A DNA stretch of 64,000 nucleotides, from the IMG/VR virus record IMGVR_UViG_3300005841_000936, positions 1-64,000 of that record; one strand, given 5' to 3'. The notes under the pieces are model-generated. The model was not told the origin of the DNA. It saw only the letters and a program-made list of their open reading frames with translations, and did not search any database. Origin of the DNA: a virus. The first letter of the stretch is position 1. Each line of letters opens with the position of its first letter. Positions 20,400 to 30,655 of the stretch are shown here, piece after piece. Position numbers and translations under genes: made by a program.

Positions 20400-20797
20400 T
20401 CACTCGGCCACCCCTCACACACACTGTTCAGTTGGAAGAGGGACAGAGCAAGGTCATCAAGATGACCTATGGTCTATTCAATGACATGCAGCGGGTGACT
20501 CCGGACCCGACGGCTATTCTGACTGTTGTTCAGGAAGACGCCTGGACACGCGATTACCTCGTGCGTCGAGCTCTGACCGATAAGAAGGGTGCGGTCACCG
20601 ATGAGGACCAGCTGATCCAGATTGAGGATGCCGGTGTCGAGGATCCCGAAGAGGTTGCAAAGCTTCTTGAGTGGATTACCGGACATCTTCTATTTTTTTT
20701 CGGAACCTCGGCGCGAGGGCTAAAACGCCTCAGCGAGGAGTTCAAAATCGACGAAAGCTCCCCCACGGAGCCCTCGACGAGTGGTTCTCAGAGCTAA
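20396..20797 (+). CDS. Tail assembly chaperone (gpG-like)
   Basis: Overlapping ORF pair with slippery T-TTT-TTC at 20695-20701. Confidence 0.6.
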   Translation: MITRPPLTHTVQLEEGQSKVIKMTYGLFNDMQRVTPDPTAILTVVQEDAWTRDYLVRRALTDKKGAVTDEDQLIQIEDAGVEDPEEVAKLLEWITGHLLFFFGTSARGLKRLSEEFKIDESSPTEPSTSGSQS

Positions 20798-21072
20798 CGC
20801 TCGAGGACGCCTTCTGCTGGGCGTTCGATTGCTGCGAGGGTGACCTCGACGAACTCTACTGGCGCTATTCGTTTTATGAGCTGGTCAAAAAGATCGAGCT
20901 CAAGATGGGCGAGTCCGTGACTATGATCCTTTGCCAGCACAATAGCCTGGCGATGATCGTCGGCGCTGCTCTTGGTGGTAGCGATGAGAAGGACGCTGTC
21001 CCTGATCTTCAGAACGCACCCACGTTTGAGGCAGCACTGGCTCAGATGAATGCAGCGCTTCGTATGACCTAA
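20396..21072 (+). CDS. Frameshifted tail chaperone (gpGT-like, about 225 aa, -1 shift)
   Basis: ORF 20671..21072 is in the -1 frame and open from the T8C run onward. Confidence 0.55.
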
Positions 21073-21509
21073 GTGCCAGTCCGATAGAGCTCGACACCAA
21101 TCGTTCGATAGTTGCGCAGTTGTGTCTGGCCCATCGGCATAACATGAAAAGCACTGGTGCAAAGCTCACTCAACGTGTCTCCGCTATCAGGGTCTCGCAG
21201 AAGAATTTTCTGTCCCTCCCCTAGAGTTGAATGAACGATATCAATAACATCCGCTTCCCGCAAAAGGTTCGCATCTTCATATGTTGATATCGTCAGCCCA
21301 AATCGAATTTCCCACAGGCCCTGGTTCTCATTGAAAGAAAAGCCGTCGACGCCAATCAAAGTCTCAGCCGGCCATTTGTTCTCGTCAGCCCTGGACTCGA
21401 AGCCCCAATACTGAATATCCTGATCGCCTGTGGTGATCCGGATTTCCTCTATCATATCGCCGACAGCACGGACAACGCTCTTGTAAATGGTGCTATACAG
21501 TTTCGACAT
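21069..21509 (-). CDS. Putative tail terminator/completion protein
   Basis: 146 aa from MSKLYSTIYK; size and context only. Confidence 0.5.
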   Translation of the reverse strand: MSKLYSTIYKSVVRAVGDMIEEIRITTGDQDIQYWGFESRADENKWPAETLIGVDGFSFNENQGLWEIRFGLTISTYEDANLLREADVIDIVHSTLGEGQKILLRDPDSGDTLSELCTSAFHVMPMGQTQLRNYRTIGVELYRTGT

Positions 21510-21528
21510 GTCAAAACGGTGATCGACA

Positions 21529-22380
21529 GTGGCAAGAAAAGCTAGGCTTCGACTACGGTTTACGCTCAACCATAAGACTGGAGAGCGGTCAGCGACGAAG
21601 CTCAAGGCCGTTGCTGCCGTGCTCGTTCGCGAGATCGCCATCGACTACGCAGAGGCCACCTGGAAGCAGATCGTCCAGAAGATCAGCACAAAGATCACGG
21701 TCGACGTGCAGCGCGAGATAACCGCTATGGCGCAGGCGTACAAATCGTCCGTAATCGGAATCTCCGGGAAAAACAGCGGGCCCTACGGTCGCATCAGCTT
21801 CGCCGCTGAGAAGGCCGAAGGTACGGAGGGCCGTGCGTCTTTCACACCTGGCGGGCACTGGGCTGCTCGCAGTGCAAGCTATCTTAAGCGAAAGCGACGT
21901 GAGGTCGGTCACGACCGATGGTTCGAACATGATGGGCTACTCAAATCGACAATGGGCAAGAGTGATACCTGGATCAAAGCCTTCGGGCCAATCCGAGTAT
22001 CGGTAATCAAACGATCGGGTGTTGAGGCACAGGATGCTGGAACGAAGCGACTGAAAACGGGCATCAGTAATCAGGGGCTCTCCGTGAGGATTGGTGTGGC
22101 CACCGTCCGTGTGGACGTGTTCGGTAACCTAACGCCCGCCATGCTCCCCGCCTTGCGCAGTGGCAACATCGAGGACGTAGCACCCGACGGTCGAACAACC
22201 GGATTGATCGGGCGCTTCCCAAGGGATATCGCTCTCGGTTTGGGTGCCGGCCGGCAGGTGCCCTATCGTCACACGATTGAACCTTTCCTCGGCTTCCTCA
22301 TGACCAGGTCAATGCCGAACGCAGTGCTGCGCCGGATCCAGGTGGGGTTGGACGAGGATATTCGACCAAGCATTGCCTAG
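21529..22380 (+). CDS. Putative neck/tail completion protein (basic)
   Basis: 283 aa; HWAARSASYLKRKRR resembles virion morphogenesis proteins. Confidence 0.5.
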   Translation: MARKARLRLRFTLNHKTGERSATKLKAVAAVLVREIAIDYAEATWKQIVQKISTKITVDVQREITAMAQAYKSSVIGISGKNSGPYGRISFAAEKAEGTEGRASFTPGGHWAARSASYLKRKRREVGHDRWFEHDGLLKSTMGKSDTWIKAFGPIRVSVIKRSGVEAQDAGTKRLKTGISNQGLSVRIGVATVRVDVFGNLTPAMLPALRSGNIEDVAPDGRTTGLIGRFPRDIALGLGAGRQVPYRHTIEPFLGFLMTRSMPNAVLRRIQVGLDEDIRPSIA

Positions 22381-22940
22381 TTCAGGACACCAATGTACAA
22401 ACCGAGCATCCGCTCCGAACGAATGACTTTGCGACCGTTCAACGTATCATCAGCCTTGACTGGCTGCCCAGTGATGAAGCGAGATTGCTCGAACGAAGCA
22501 TGAGCTTTGTAGTCGGGCGCTTCGCGATCGAGCGGTTCAATCGTAACCCATATGTCACCAATCTTAGGCAGAGGTCCACCGACATCACGTTCGACTAGCG
22601 CCACCGCGTCGACCATCTTCGTACGGCGACTCCATTCAACCTTGTCGGTCGCGACGAACAAGCGAAACGATTGCCAGAGCGTTCCCTGACGTTGCTCACT
22701 AGGACCATTGTCACCAACGACGTACATGACCCCAGCTGGGGATCGAAGCACCATGCCCACCTTACAAGGAGTGATCGCAGGCGTACGCAGCACATGACGA
22801 GAGAACACGAAGGCGTAGACAGGAATCTGCTTCTGATCGGTCTCTGACAGTATGCCGCTCACGATGCCAGAGCCACCCTCAACCACCGTGAGCGGCACCT
22901 CGTAACGACGACCAATCTTTTTGAGACTTGCCATCGTCAA
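22377..22940 (-). CDS. Putative head closure / virion structural protein
   Basis: Coupled to the upstream tail gene; context only. Confidence 0.5.
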   Translation of the reverse strand: MTMASLKKIGRRYEVPLTVVEGGSGIVSGILSETDQKQIPVYAFVFSRHVLRTPAITPCKVGMVLRSPAGVMYVVGDNGPSEQRQGTLWQSFRLFVATDKVEWSRRTKMVDAVALVERDVGGPLPKIGDIWVTIEPLDREAPDYKAHASFEQSRFITGQPVKADDTLNGRKVIRSERMLGLYIGVLN

Positions 22941-23332
22941 TATCCCGGGTTGCTATTGATGAGCATAATCTCGAAAGCCTCGATCAGCCCACTTGAATTA
23001 ACAAGCGCCTTGGGCACGGCCACGGCGGTTTTGAATTTAACGGACAAGGCACCGAGATGCGGGTGCGTCCAACTGAATTCATCCCAAGTGCCGTGCGCCT
23101 GATAAAAAAGTTCAAACCGCCGCGCGTTGAACGTCAGATTGGTCGTTGAGTCGTACAGACCATTCGACTGCAGATACCACGTCAGCCCATGCAGCGTGAC
23201 TTTGAACGACTGCTGAAAAGGTACCTTTGGCTTTGACGAGAACTGCCATCCATTCATGCTCATGCCCGCAACCGGTTCCGGCGGGAGTGTTTCAGCCACA
23301 AGCCTGTTCGGGCAAAAATCGAATACAGCCAT
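22937..23332 (-). CDS. Distal tail protein (gpM-like)
   Basis: Follows the tape measure gene; FYQAHG..EFSWTHP motif. Confidence 0.65.
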   Translation of the reverse strand: MAVFDFCPNRLVAETLPPEPVAGMSMNGWQFSSKPKVPFQQSFKVTLHGLTWYLQSNGLYDSTTNLTFNARRFELFYQAHGTWDEFSWTHPHLGALSVKFKTAVAVPKALVNSSGLIEAFEIMLINSNPGY

Positions 23333-23333
23333 A

Positions 23334-26300
23334 TCAGCCCCCCTGTGCTACGTGACGGATAAGCTTCTTTGTCTCGCCGCCGGAGAGGATGTCGTTCGCG
23401 ACCGCGACTATAACATCGTTCGGTCCCATCGTCGGGCGCTGCCCTTCCTGGACAACGTACACATTGGTCTCCTGACGCGCCGGAGGCGCGATAACCGCAT
23501 TGCCTCCCAACCCCTGCAGAGCCCGAGCACCTTGATCGTTTAGCTTCTGCATGAATTCCGGACCAACAGAATCCACAGCCCATTTCCTCTGAACGAATTC
23601 TCCCTTCGCAATCTTGGCATGCACGCTGTCACGGTTCGGCACGCCATTACGGATGTAACGACCACTGATAGCCGTCACCATGCCGCCCTTGAGGAATGGC
23701 GCATGCGAACCCGCCGCGGCAGCAGATCCCGCACCGCCCCCGCCCGGTGCCGTTGCGCCGCCAATCGCACCAAGGATCAGATTGAAAATCCCCTTGGCAA
23801 GCGCCTGAGCAGCGAGCTCCTCGAAGTACTTGACCATGCCTTTGACGAAGTCACCAAACGCGCCCAGCACGGTTCGCGAGCCAGACATAATGTCCGTGAA
23901 GAACGTGGTGATACCTTGATGCGCAGTCGTTAGCGCCGGCGTCATGTTCTGCAGGATGTCTTGCGTGAACGAGCGGTTGAGGCCACTGGCTTCTTTGTAT
24001 GCTTCGATCGCCTGGGTTAGACCAACGCTGAAGGTTGTCGGCAGAAGTGACCCCTCCCCCAGGGCAGCATCAAGATTGTTCTTCTGCTCGGTCAACTTTG
24101 CAATGCTGATGGCAAGCTCATTGACCTTCGCTGTGGCCGTCTCGGTTTGACCACCAGAGTCCGCTGCCCGCTGCAAATCTGCTTTTGCTCGAACCAGAAG
24201 CGCTTGCTGCTTTACAATTTGCACGCCGAGATCTGCGGAGGTTTCTTTGTCCAGATTTTCCTGAGCCTGCCCGACACGACGCTCAGATAGCTGCTGTACG
24301 AAATCTGGGACCTTGCCAGAATTCGAAGCATATCCCAGACCTGACAATCGCCCCTGAGCGATTGACAATCGTCCCTGCGCCGGACGGAGGCTCTCATCGA
24401 ACTCACGCTGAATCTGATCCATCTGACGATCGATGTTCTTCAGGATGCCGTCGAAGATGGCGTCGTTAAAGTCCTTCGTACGCTGCCTGATCTTCTCCTC
24501 AATCTCAGCATGCCGCTCGGCAACCGTATCTATCGAAGCGCCCTCGTTCGCGAGCTCGCCGTCGGTGACCTCACGAAGCTTATCAGCCCACACATCCAAA
24601 GCCGCTTTCGCGGCCTTGGTGCCGGCATCAAACACCGCTTCAGAAGTAGAGTATTTCAGATCGTCAAGGTTGTCCCTAAGAGCCGCGTCAGCCGTCGCCA
24701 GACCAAGCTTGTCAGTCTTGACCTGTGAGCGTCCATCAGCATCTGCGGCGTTGGGGTCATGCCCCGCGGCAAAACGTTGACCGACCGGTGTGCTGGTGTG
24801 AAAGTGAGGGCCTGTCCCCTGACGCTGACCCTTACCAGTCTCGTAGATGACGGTGATCTTTGAATAGCCCTGCGCCCGTAGTGCATTCTGAATGCGTAGA
24901 GCTTCCCGTTTACCAGCCTCGGCGGTTTCCGCTTTGAATGGGAAATCCTGCCCGTTGCCACCTGGCTGACTGTGGGGGCTGTGGGCTGCATCGAGATTGG
25001 TCTTTCCTGCGGCGAAGAGCCCATTCTGAGTGCGCGCATCTCGAGAACCACTCCCCGCCTTCAGATAAGGGGCAACGATCTTGAACCCATCTATAATGGC
25101 CTGCCGGGTGATCAGCGGCTGGTTGGCGTCACGATTCGCTTCTCGCTCGGCTTTCTCCCGTGCTCGCCGTGCCTGATCAGTTTCCGCCGAAGAGGCTTCG
25201 ACAGATTGCCGGAAACTCTTTACATCAAGAAGAGCGGCACTGAGGAAACGCTTGCTCGTATCAGACGTGGCAAGCGGGATCCGATCCTTTGCAATCTTCT
25301 CGATCTCATCGAGTATCTTTGTCACCTGGCTGCGGATCGAGGCCTTGTTTACGTCAGTCGCAGAGGACAACTTGTCGAGCAGAGGCTGCACCTGATCAAA
25401 CTTCGCTGAGAATTGCTTCCCAATATCCGAGTTGCGAGCACCAGCGTCCTGCTCTTGAATGCGAGAAATGCGCTCCGTGCTCGTCGCCTGCGTGACCACA
25501 CCCTGAGCAAGAATGAGCTTCCGAAGCTGTTGGGCGTTTTCAACGCTCAGTTTCTCAATGCGATCAGCGGCATCTCGAAGAAGTGCGATATTGCGCGGAT
25601 CACCAAGATTGCCGAGGGCTTTGGTTTCATTGCCCAGCAATGAATTCATCAACCAGTCGTTGCCTCGAACACCCCGAAGCTGCGAATTTACAGTCTTTTG
25701 TGCGTCAACCCGTTGCGACGCCGCCTTCACACCCTGCTCGATGTAGCCCTGCCGAAGGGTCTGGTTCTCCTCATTGCGCAGTTGCTGCATCGCGCTGACA
25801 AGATCCAGCACCTCCCCCTTCGTATTGAGCAGGTACTTGGCCAAACCTTGAAAGCGGTCGGAAAGAGAAACGGTCTCTGCGGCAAGCAACGTGCTCCGAC
25901 CAGCCAGCGTATCCTGCTGGGTGAGGAGCCGAGTAATCTCCTTATCGAGGCCTCCGATCTTATCCTGCTGTGCTTGGATCTTTTCAGAAACTTCAGCACT
26001 AGCTGTGGCAAGGCGCTCTGACTCAGCAGTTGTACCGCGAAGCTTATCTGCTAAGGTATTAAACAAGCTCACCAAGCCAAGAGCTTCTGGAGCAACCTGA
26101 ACTAAACTACTCTTCAGCGTCTGACCGAAGCTTCCACTTTCAACACTGTCGGAAGCAAACCTGACCAGCTCTTTCAGAACGACCGTTACTCTGCTGACCT
26201 CTTCCGAAAGGTTGTCACCGATAATATTCTTGAACCGCTGCCATTGAGCGGAGAGGCTGTCCATTGCGCGTTCATTGGCCTTGGCGGCGGCGCCGGACGT

Positions 26301-27872
26301 AGCAAACGACAACTGCAATTCATCCATCACGTCGACGTTATTTTTTGCGACGAGATAGAAGGCCGCAGCCCTCGTTTCCAAGCCGGCGTAAGCCTGCCCT
26401 GCCCCGAAGCCCGCTTGCTTCAGAGTGTCGAGCACCGCAGGTAGACCGCGCACGCTAACATCTACATCGCCAGAGGTTAGCTTCAACAGCTTGAGCTGCT
26501 CAGTGAGCTTCTCACTCGGAGCCTGAAGATCAACGAGGAACTGACGAAAGCCAGTGCCGATCGTCGACCCACTCTTGATACCAGCCTGCGCAACGGCGCC
26601 GACCGTGGCGAGCAATTGCTCGAGCGTAATGTTCTGCTCGTAGGCCGTGGCCCCAACATATTGGATCGCCTGGCCGGTCTGTTGAATGGTGAGCTTGGTT
26701 CGATTGAGTGCCGATGTCATAAGATCGGCAACGCGACCGGTCTCTGTAGCCTGAAGCTGAAAGGAGCCTAGGGCCGACGTAACGAGCTGCACCGCTTCAT
26801 CTGGCGTCGATCCGGACGCTGTCGCCAACGACGTCACAGCACCAAGAACCTGCTTCATCTGGCCAGCCGACACGCCAGCCTGCGCGAGAGTCTCTGAGAT
26901 CTTGATTAGATCGACGATCGCGAAACGCGAGGAACTCCCCACCTCTAGGATCGACTTCTTCAGACTGATCATCTGCGTGTCAGTTGAATTCGAAATGGCT
27001 TGGAGCCGAGCCATTTCGTCTTCAAATTCGATCGCAAATTTTGCGCCGTCACGAAGCACATTGATGGCACCGAATAGCGCCGCACCAGCTCCACCATAAG
27101 CAGCAGTGCGCGCAAACACAGTTCCCAGCCCGCCTGATGGCAGGATACTAGACCCCTTCGAACCGGCTCCCCGAGCACGCTCAGCCGCGGCGAGCTCACG
27201 GACCTCGATTGTGGCCCGGGCGACCGCATCTCGATACGCCAGCATATCCGCGGTGATCTTCTTGGAGCTCGACTTCGGGTCTGTGAGGGTGGTGAAGAGC
27301 TGATTGGAAGCAGCGTTCACCGAAGACTTCGTCCCCGAAATATTAAGACCGCCAACCCGCGCCCGTCCCTCGATCTCCTTCATCTTCCGCTCGAGCGAAT
27401 TGAGATCCTTAATCGCTTCTTCCGTCTCGAGAGCCTTGCGGACAGAAGCACGAGAGCCCGTTCCGTTTGGACCACCCGTTAGAGCTATCCGCCTATTGAG
27501 CTGATTGAGGCGAGCGCCAAGCGCTTCGACGCTCGTGCTGGCCTCGTCGAGTGAAGCCTTGTATTCAATCGCGCTGCGCTTGGACTTCGCCAAGGCCTGC
27601 TGATTGTTGAGGTTGGTAACGCTGCCCGGCGTGTTCTTCGCAATTGCCTTCTCCGCCGAGCTGAGAAGAGACTCCCGTTTGACGAACCCAGACAGCGAGG
27701 CTTGAAGCTGACGATCGAATTTCTTGGCACTTTCCTCGGCGTCTTTCCCGAGCTGCTTTACCTCTTTGGCAATTTTGGCAACGCGCGCATCGACCGCGTC
27801 GAACGCGGCCTTCATCCCGCCGCCTTCGGCTACAAGATCAATATCGACATCTTGGGTTTTGTTGCCGGCCAT
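23334..27872 (-). CDS. Tape measure protein with an inserted peptidase-like domain
   Basis: 1512 aa helical; TP901-type core (LAQAG...GIKSGSTIGTGFR); C-terminal GG..G...DSV..GEFV. Confidence 0.9.
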   Translation of the reverse strand: MAGNKTQDVDIDLVAEGGGMKAAFDAVDARVAKIAKEVKQLGKDAEESAKKFDRQLQASLSGFVKRESLLSSAEKAIAKNTPGSVTNLNNQQALAKSKRSAIEYKASLDEASTSVEALGARLNQLNRRIALTGGPNGTGSRASVRKALETEEAIKDLNSLERKMKEIEGRARVGGLNISGTKSSVNAASNQLFTTLTDPKSSSKKITADMLAYRDAVARATIEVRELAAAERARGAGSKGSSILPSGGLGTVFARTAAYGGAGAALFGAINVLRDGAKFAIEFEDEMARLQAISNSTDTQMISLKKSILEVGSSSRFAIVDLIKISETLAQAGVSAGQMKQVLGAVTSLATASGSTPDEAVQLVTSALGSFQLQATETGRVADLMTSALNRTKLTIQQTGQAIQYVGATAYEQNITLEQLLATVGAVAQAGIKSGSTIGTGFRQFLVDLQAPSEKLTEQLKLLKLTSGDVDVSVRGLPAVLDTLKQAGFGAGQAYAGLETRAAAFYLVAKNNVDVMDELQLSFATSGAAAKANERAMDSLSAQWQRFKNIIGDNLSEEVSRVTVVLKELVRFASDSVESGSFGQTLKSSLVQVAPEALGLVSLFNTLADKLRGTTAESERLATASAEVSEKIQAQQDKIGGLDKEITRLLTQQDTLAGRSTLLAAETVSLSDRFQGLAKYLLNTKGEVLDLVSAMQQLRNEENQTLRQGYIEQGVKAASQRVDAQKTVNSQLRGVRGNDWLMNSLLGNETKALGNLGDPRNIALLRDAADRIEKLSVENAQQLRKLILAQGVVTQATSTERISRIQEQDAGARNSDIGKQFSAKFDQVQPLLDKLSSATDVNKASIRSQVTKILDEIEKIAKDRIPLATSDTSKRFLSAALLDVKSFRQSVEASSAETDQARRAREKAEREANRDANQPLITRQAIIDGFKIVAPYLKAGSGSRDARTQNGLFAAGKTNLDAAHSPHSQPGGNGQDFPFKAETAEAGKREALRIQNALRAQGYSKITVIYETGKGQRQGTGPHFHTSTPVGQRFAAGHDPNAADADGRSQVKTDKLGLATADAALRDNLDDLKYSTSEAVFDAGTKAAKAALDVWADKLREVTDGELANEGASIDTVAERHAEIEEKIRQRTKDFNDAIFDGILKNIDRQMDQIQREFDESLRPAQGRLSIAQGRLSGLGYASNSGKVPDFVQQLSERRVGQAQENLDKETSADLGVQIVKQQALLVRAKADLQRAADSGGQTETATAKVNELAISIAKLTEQKNNLDAALGEGSLLPTTFSVGLTQAIEAYKEASGLNRSFTQDILQNMTPALTTAHQGITTFFTDIMSGSRTVLGAFGDFVKGMVKYFEELAAQALAKGIFNLILGAIGGATAPGGGGAGSAAAAGSHAPFLKGGMVTAISGRYIRNGVPNRDSVHAKIAKGEFVQRKWAVDSVGPEFMQKLNDQGARALQGLGGNAVIAPPARQETNVYVVQEGQRPTMGPNDVIVAVANDILSGGETKKLIRHVAQGG

Positions 27873-27928
27873 CAGATCTGATGGCTACGGCGTTCACCGC
27901 GGTGATTTTAGGAGAAAGTGGTGAACCG

Positions 27929-28216
27929 CTATTTCTCGTCAGGAGGGTGTGTCGCCCAGCTGGCCACATGATCTGGCGCGGGGCACTTATTTGCGATGAT
28001 CAAAGTTACTATTCGATCAGCTTTCAGAGCAAAGTCCCGATCGTCGTCCTTCAATTTCTTCTCATATTCCGGAAGAAATTTCGCGGTCTCTAGGTTATGA
28101 TTATGAACCCACGCCCATAATCTCTCATTCTCCACAAAATCAGCCGTCAGTTTAACGCAGACGGGTCTTTCGGTTGAGGTGGATAGGAGGGCGGCAGCAA
28201 GAAGGATGGCTATCAT
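27929..28216 (-). CDS. Hypothetical secreted protein
   Basis: Signal-peptide-like MIAILLAAALL; two Cys. Confidence 0.5.
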   Translation of the reverse strand: MIAILLAAALLSTSTERPVCVKLTADFVENERLWAWVHNHNLETAKFLPEYEKKLKDDDRDFALKADRIVTLIIANKCPAPDHVASWATHPPDEK

Positions 28217-28231
28217 CCTGCCCCTGTACCG

Positions 28232-28936
28232 CTATGTGGCCTCACCGACAACAGGGTCTCCGCGGACAACGGCTACAAAGATCGCCCCGTAACTGAGCAT
28301 GCCATCGGAAGTGGGGTCGACAATCAGTTGACCATCACTGACCATTTGCTCGAGCTGAGCACGGAGAGCATCCCAATCGACAGCGGCTCGCTCGAATTGA
28401 TCCGTGCCCGAAGCTTCCTTCTTCGTGATACGCACAGGCAAAGTGGCCAGCAGCCGCAAAGCAGCGTATGCTTCGATCGCATCAGCAAGCACCATCTGGG
28501 TGTAACCGTCACTGGTCTGAAGCCCAGCCAAAGCCGTGGCCCCTACCCTGCTTCGAAAGGCTCCGTAAGCTGAGATCAGGTTGATGTCGTCATCGCTCAG
28601 CTCATGTGGTTCTAGACCGAGCTTTCTCCGGACCCCTTCAGGACTCACTCCAAAAGGAAGAAATCCCTCAAGACGATATCGAAAGTATCCGGTCACTGCC
28701 TCGCCATTGACGAGGTAATTCCATCGAAGCTCCCGCGGGCCAACGACCTCATCATCACTGAGACTATTGTCAGAATCCAAAACAGTAATGAGTGCGTGCG
28801 TGGCACCGTCAACAGGCGTTACGAGTCCACCTGCAACCGGCGTGTTTGCGGCGTCGAGTATCGACCAGACAATATCACCGTCGGGAAACCCGGTCGTAAA
28901 CTCTACCAGGTGGGTGAGCGTGTCACCGTCACGCAT
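28232..28936 (-). CDS. Putative head-tail adaptor
   Basis: Downstream of the capsid gene; SPEGVRRKLG...ELSDDDI pattern. Confidence 0.55.
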   Translation of the reverse strand: MRDGDTLTHLVEFTTGFPDGDIVWSILDAANTPVAGGLVTPVDGATHALITVLDSDNSLSDDEVVGPRELRWNYLVNGEAVTGYFRYRLEGFLPFGVSPEGVRRKLGLEPHELSDDDINLISAYGAFRSRVGATALAGLQTSDGYTQMVLADAIEAYAALRLLATLPVRITKKEASGTDQFERAAVDWDALRAQLEQMVSDGQLIVDPTSDGMLSYGAIFVAVVRGDPVVGEAT

Positions 28937-29397
28937 TACTTCCGCTTCTTGCTTCCGCCGGGCTTGCCGTCGCCATCATGGTCGAAGGCTGCAAGAGCTG
29001 CCGCATCTTCTGCGTCCTTGGCCTCCTGCGCGAGGCGATCGGCCTCTTCGGCCGCTTGCTCTTCAGCGAGACGGTCGGCTTCTGCGGCGGCATCGGCCTC
29101 TGCCTGAAGCTCCACACGACGTGCTTCGGCATTCGCCTCTTGCTCTGCAACCTGACGAGCCCGTTCGGCTTCAGCTTCAGCTGCCTCACGTTCAGCCTCA
29201 GCGAGCTCTTCTTCGGTCGGCTCTGGTTCACCGTCGATCTCTTCGAGGATCTCGACCTGACCAATATCAACGCGATCTTGGAGGAAGGCCGTCAACGGCA
29301 CAGGCTCGGAGGTGGGACCATCCGAAGGAATCTCTTTTCCGCTCTGCGGATCGAGGAGCATGAACTCCCCAGTTGTTTCTGCGATGACCATTTTCAT
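28936..29397 (-). CDS. Hypothetical protein with an E/A-rich low-complexity tail
   Basis: GGAG RBS; directly after the capsid gene. Confidence 0.6.
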   Translation of the reverse strand: MKMVIAETTGEFMLLDPQSGKEIPSDGPTSEPVPLTAFLQDRVDIGQVEILEEIDGEPEPTEEELAEAEREAAEAEAERARQVAEQEANAEARRVELQAEADAAAEADRLAEEQAAEEADRLAQEAKDAEDAAALAAFDHDGDGKPGGSKKRK

Positions 29398-29413
29398 AGG
29401 GCTCTCCAAGGTA

Positions 29414-29436
29414 AAGGGGAGGCACTGCCTCCCCTT
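29414..29436 (-). terminator. Stem-loop after the major capsid gene
   Basis: AAGGGGAGGCA-N-TGCCTCCCCTT inverted repeat with only a short T tail. Confidence 0.55.
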
Positions 29437-29440
29437 CCTA

Positions 29441-30637
29441 TTAGACGAGGTTCAGAATCGACCGAGTGTCGCCGAACACCAGGCGGTAGCCGTGGTTCTT
29501 CGTGCGGACGTAACGGACCTTCTGGTTCTCGATTGCGCGAACCGACTCTTCGATCTCGGAGCCGTTCTCGACCAGCTCTTCGACGGTCTCATTCTTGATG
29601 AAACCGATGAGCTTGTTCGCCGGCGCTGTCGAGGACACCGCAAAGCGAACATTGAAGTCAAAACGCGGGTTATCGATCGCGGTCTGGACACCGGCCGCAG
29701 CCAGAACTTCCTGCTGGGTCTTGCCCGTGTTGGCGACCGGAGTTGCGAACATGCGAATCCACTCGAAGTACATGTCGAAGTTGCCCACGACAGTGTCCAC
29801 CGGAGTGCCCGCCTGAGCGCGCTGGACCAGCCACTTCAGGAAGATTTCCCAGTTCATCCGACCGGCGACAATCGTCGGCGCACCCGGCATCAGACCTGCA
29901 AGGGTCGTCGCAGTCACCACCGGGGCAGCCGCCGAAACGCCATCACCGTTGATCAGAAGCGACGTCACAATGGCCGTCTGACCGATCGCGACTTCACGCT
30001 GCATGCGCGCAGCGTAAGGGGTCACGACATCCAGGCTCGCCCGGCGCTCGAACTCATAGGTGAATTCGAAGCCACCACCGAACTTGTGGAACTTCACGCT
30101 CTTCTCAGAGGTGCGCAGCGAGCGGATCGGAATACGAGCGCCTTCGGCGATGATACCGGTCTGCTGGTAGTCATCCGCCTTATCATCAATGACCGTGGTG
30201 ATCATCTCAATGCCATTCACGGTACGGGACTGAGCCAGCATCGGGGTGACATCTTCGATCTGATCCTGGCGATACTTCCACTGGACCACATCATCGATCA
30301 CCTGCGGGAACAGGGCGCGCGTGCCGGGGCTCGACATGAACGTCTCGGCCGCGGCCTGCAGGACGATGCCGTGCTGGAAGTCGTCACGGATCGGAAGGTT
30401 GAGGAAAGCAAGCGCAGCCTCATAACCGTTCAGGTCCGAGCCGGCGAACTGACCCTTGGAAGGATCAATAGCCAGTCGAAGATAATCGCCCATGTTGAGT
30501 TGCAGCGCCTTGGCGTGCTGCACCATGTTCTGCCCAGCACGGAGACTGTCTTGTCCGTTTTCCGCGAGCAGATCCGCAAGCAGAACCTCTGCGGGTTGGC
30601 GATTGCGGGAGAGTTCGAGGATGTTGACGGGCTTCAT
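29441..30637 (-). CDS. Major capsid protein
   Basis: 398 aa; IAEGARIP...KFGGGFEFTYE HK97-fold pattern; follows the protease and decoration genes. Confidence 0.85.
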   Translation of the reverse strand: MKPVNILELSRNRQPAEVLLADLLAENGQDSLRAGQNMVQHAKALQLNMGDYLRLAIDPSKGQFAGSDLNGYEAALAFLNLPIRDDFQHGIVLQAAAETFMSSPGTRALFPQVIDDVVQWKYRQDQIEDVTPMLAQSRTVNGIEMITTVIDDKADDYQQTGIIAEGARIPIRSLRTSEKSVKFHKFGGGFEFTYEFERRASLDVVTPYAARMQREVAIGQTAIVTSLLINGDGVSAAAPVVTATTLAGLMPGAPTIVAGRMNWEIFLKWLVQRAQAGTPVDTVVGNFDMYFEWIRMFATPVANTGKTQQEVLAAAGVQTAIDNPRFDFNVRFAVSSTAPANKLIGFIKNETVEELVENGSEIEESVRAIENQKVRYVRTKNHGYRLVFGDTRSILNLV

Positions 30638-30655
30638 GTCTTTGCCTTCCTGGAC

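Noticed and set aside
28980-29240. Repetitive DNA in the E/A-rich gene
   Set aside because: Explained by low-complexity protein sequence
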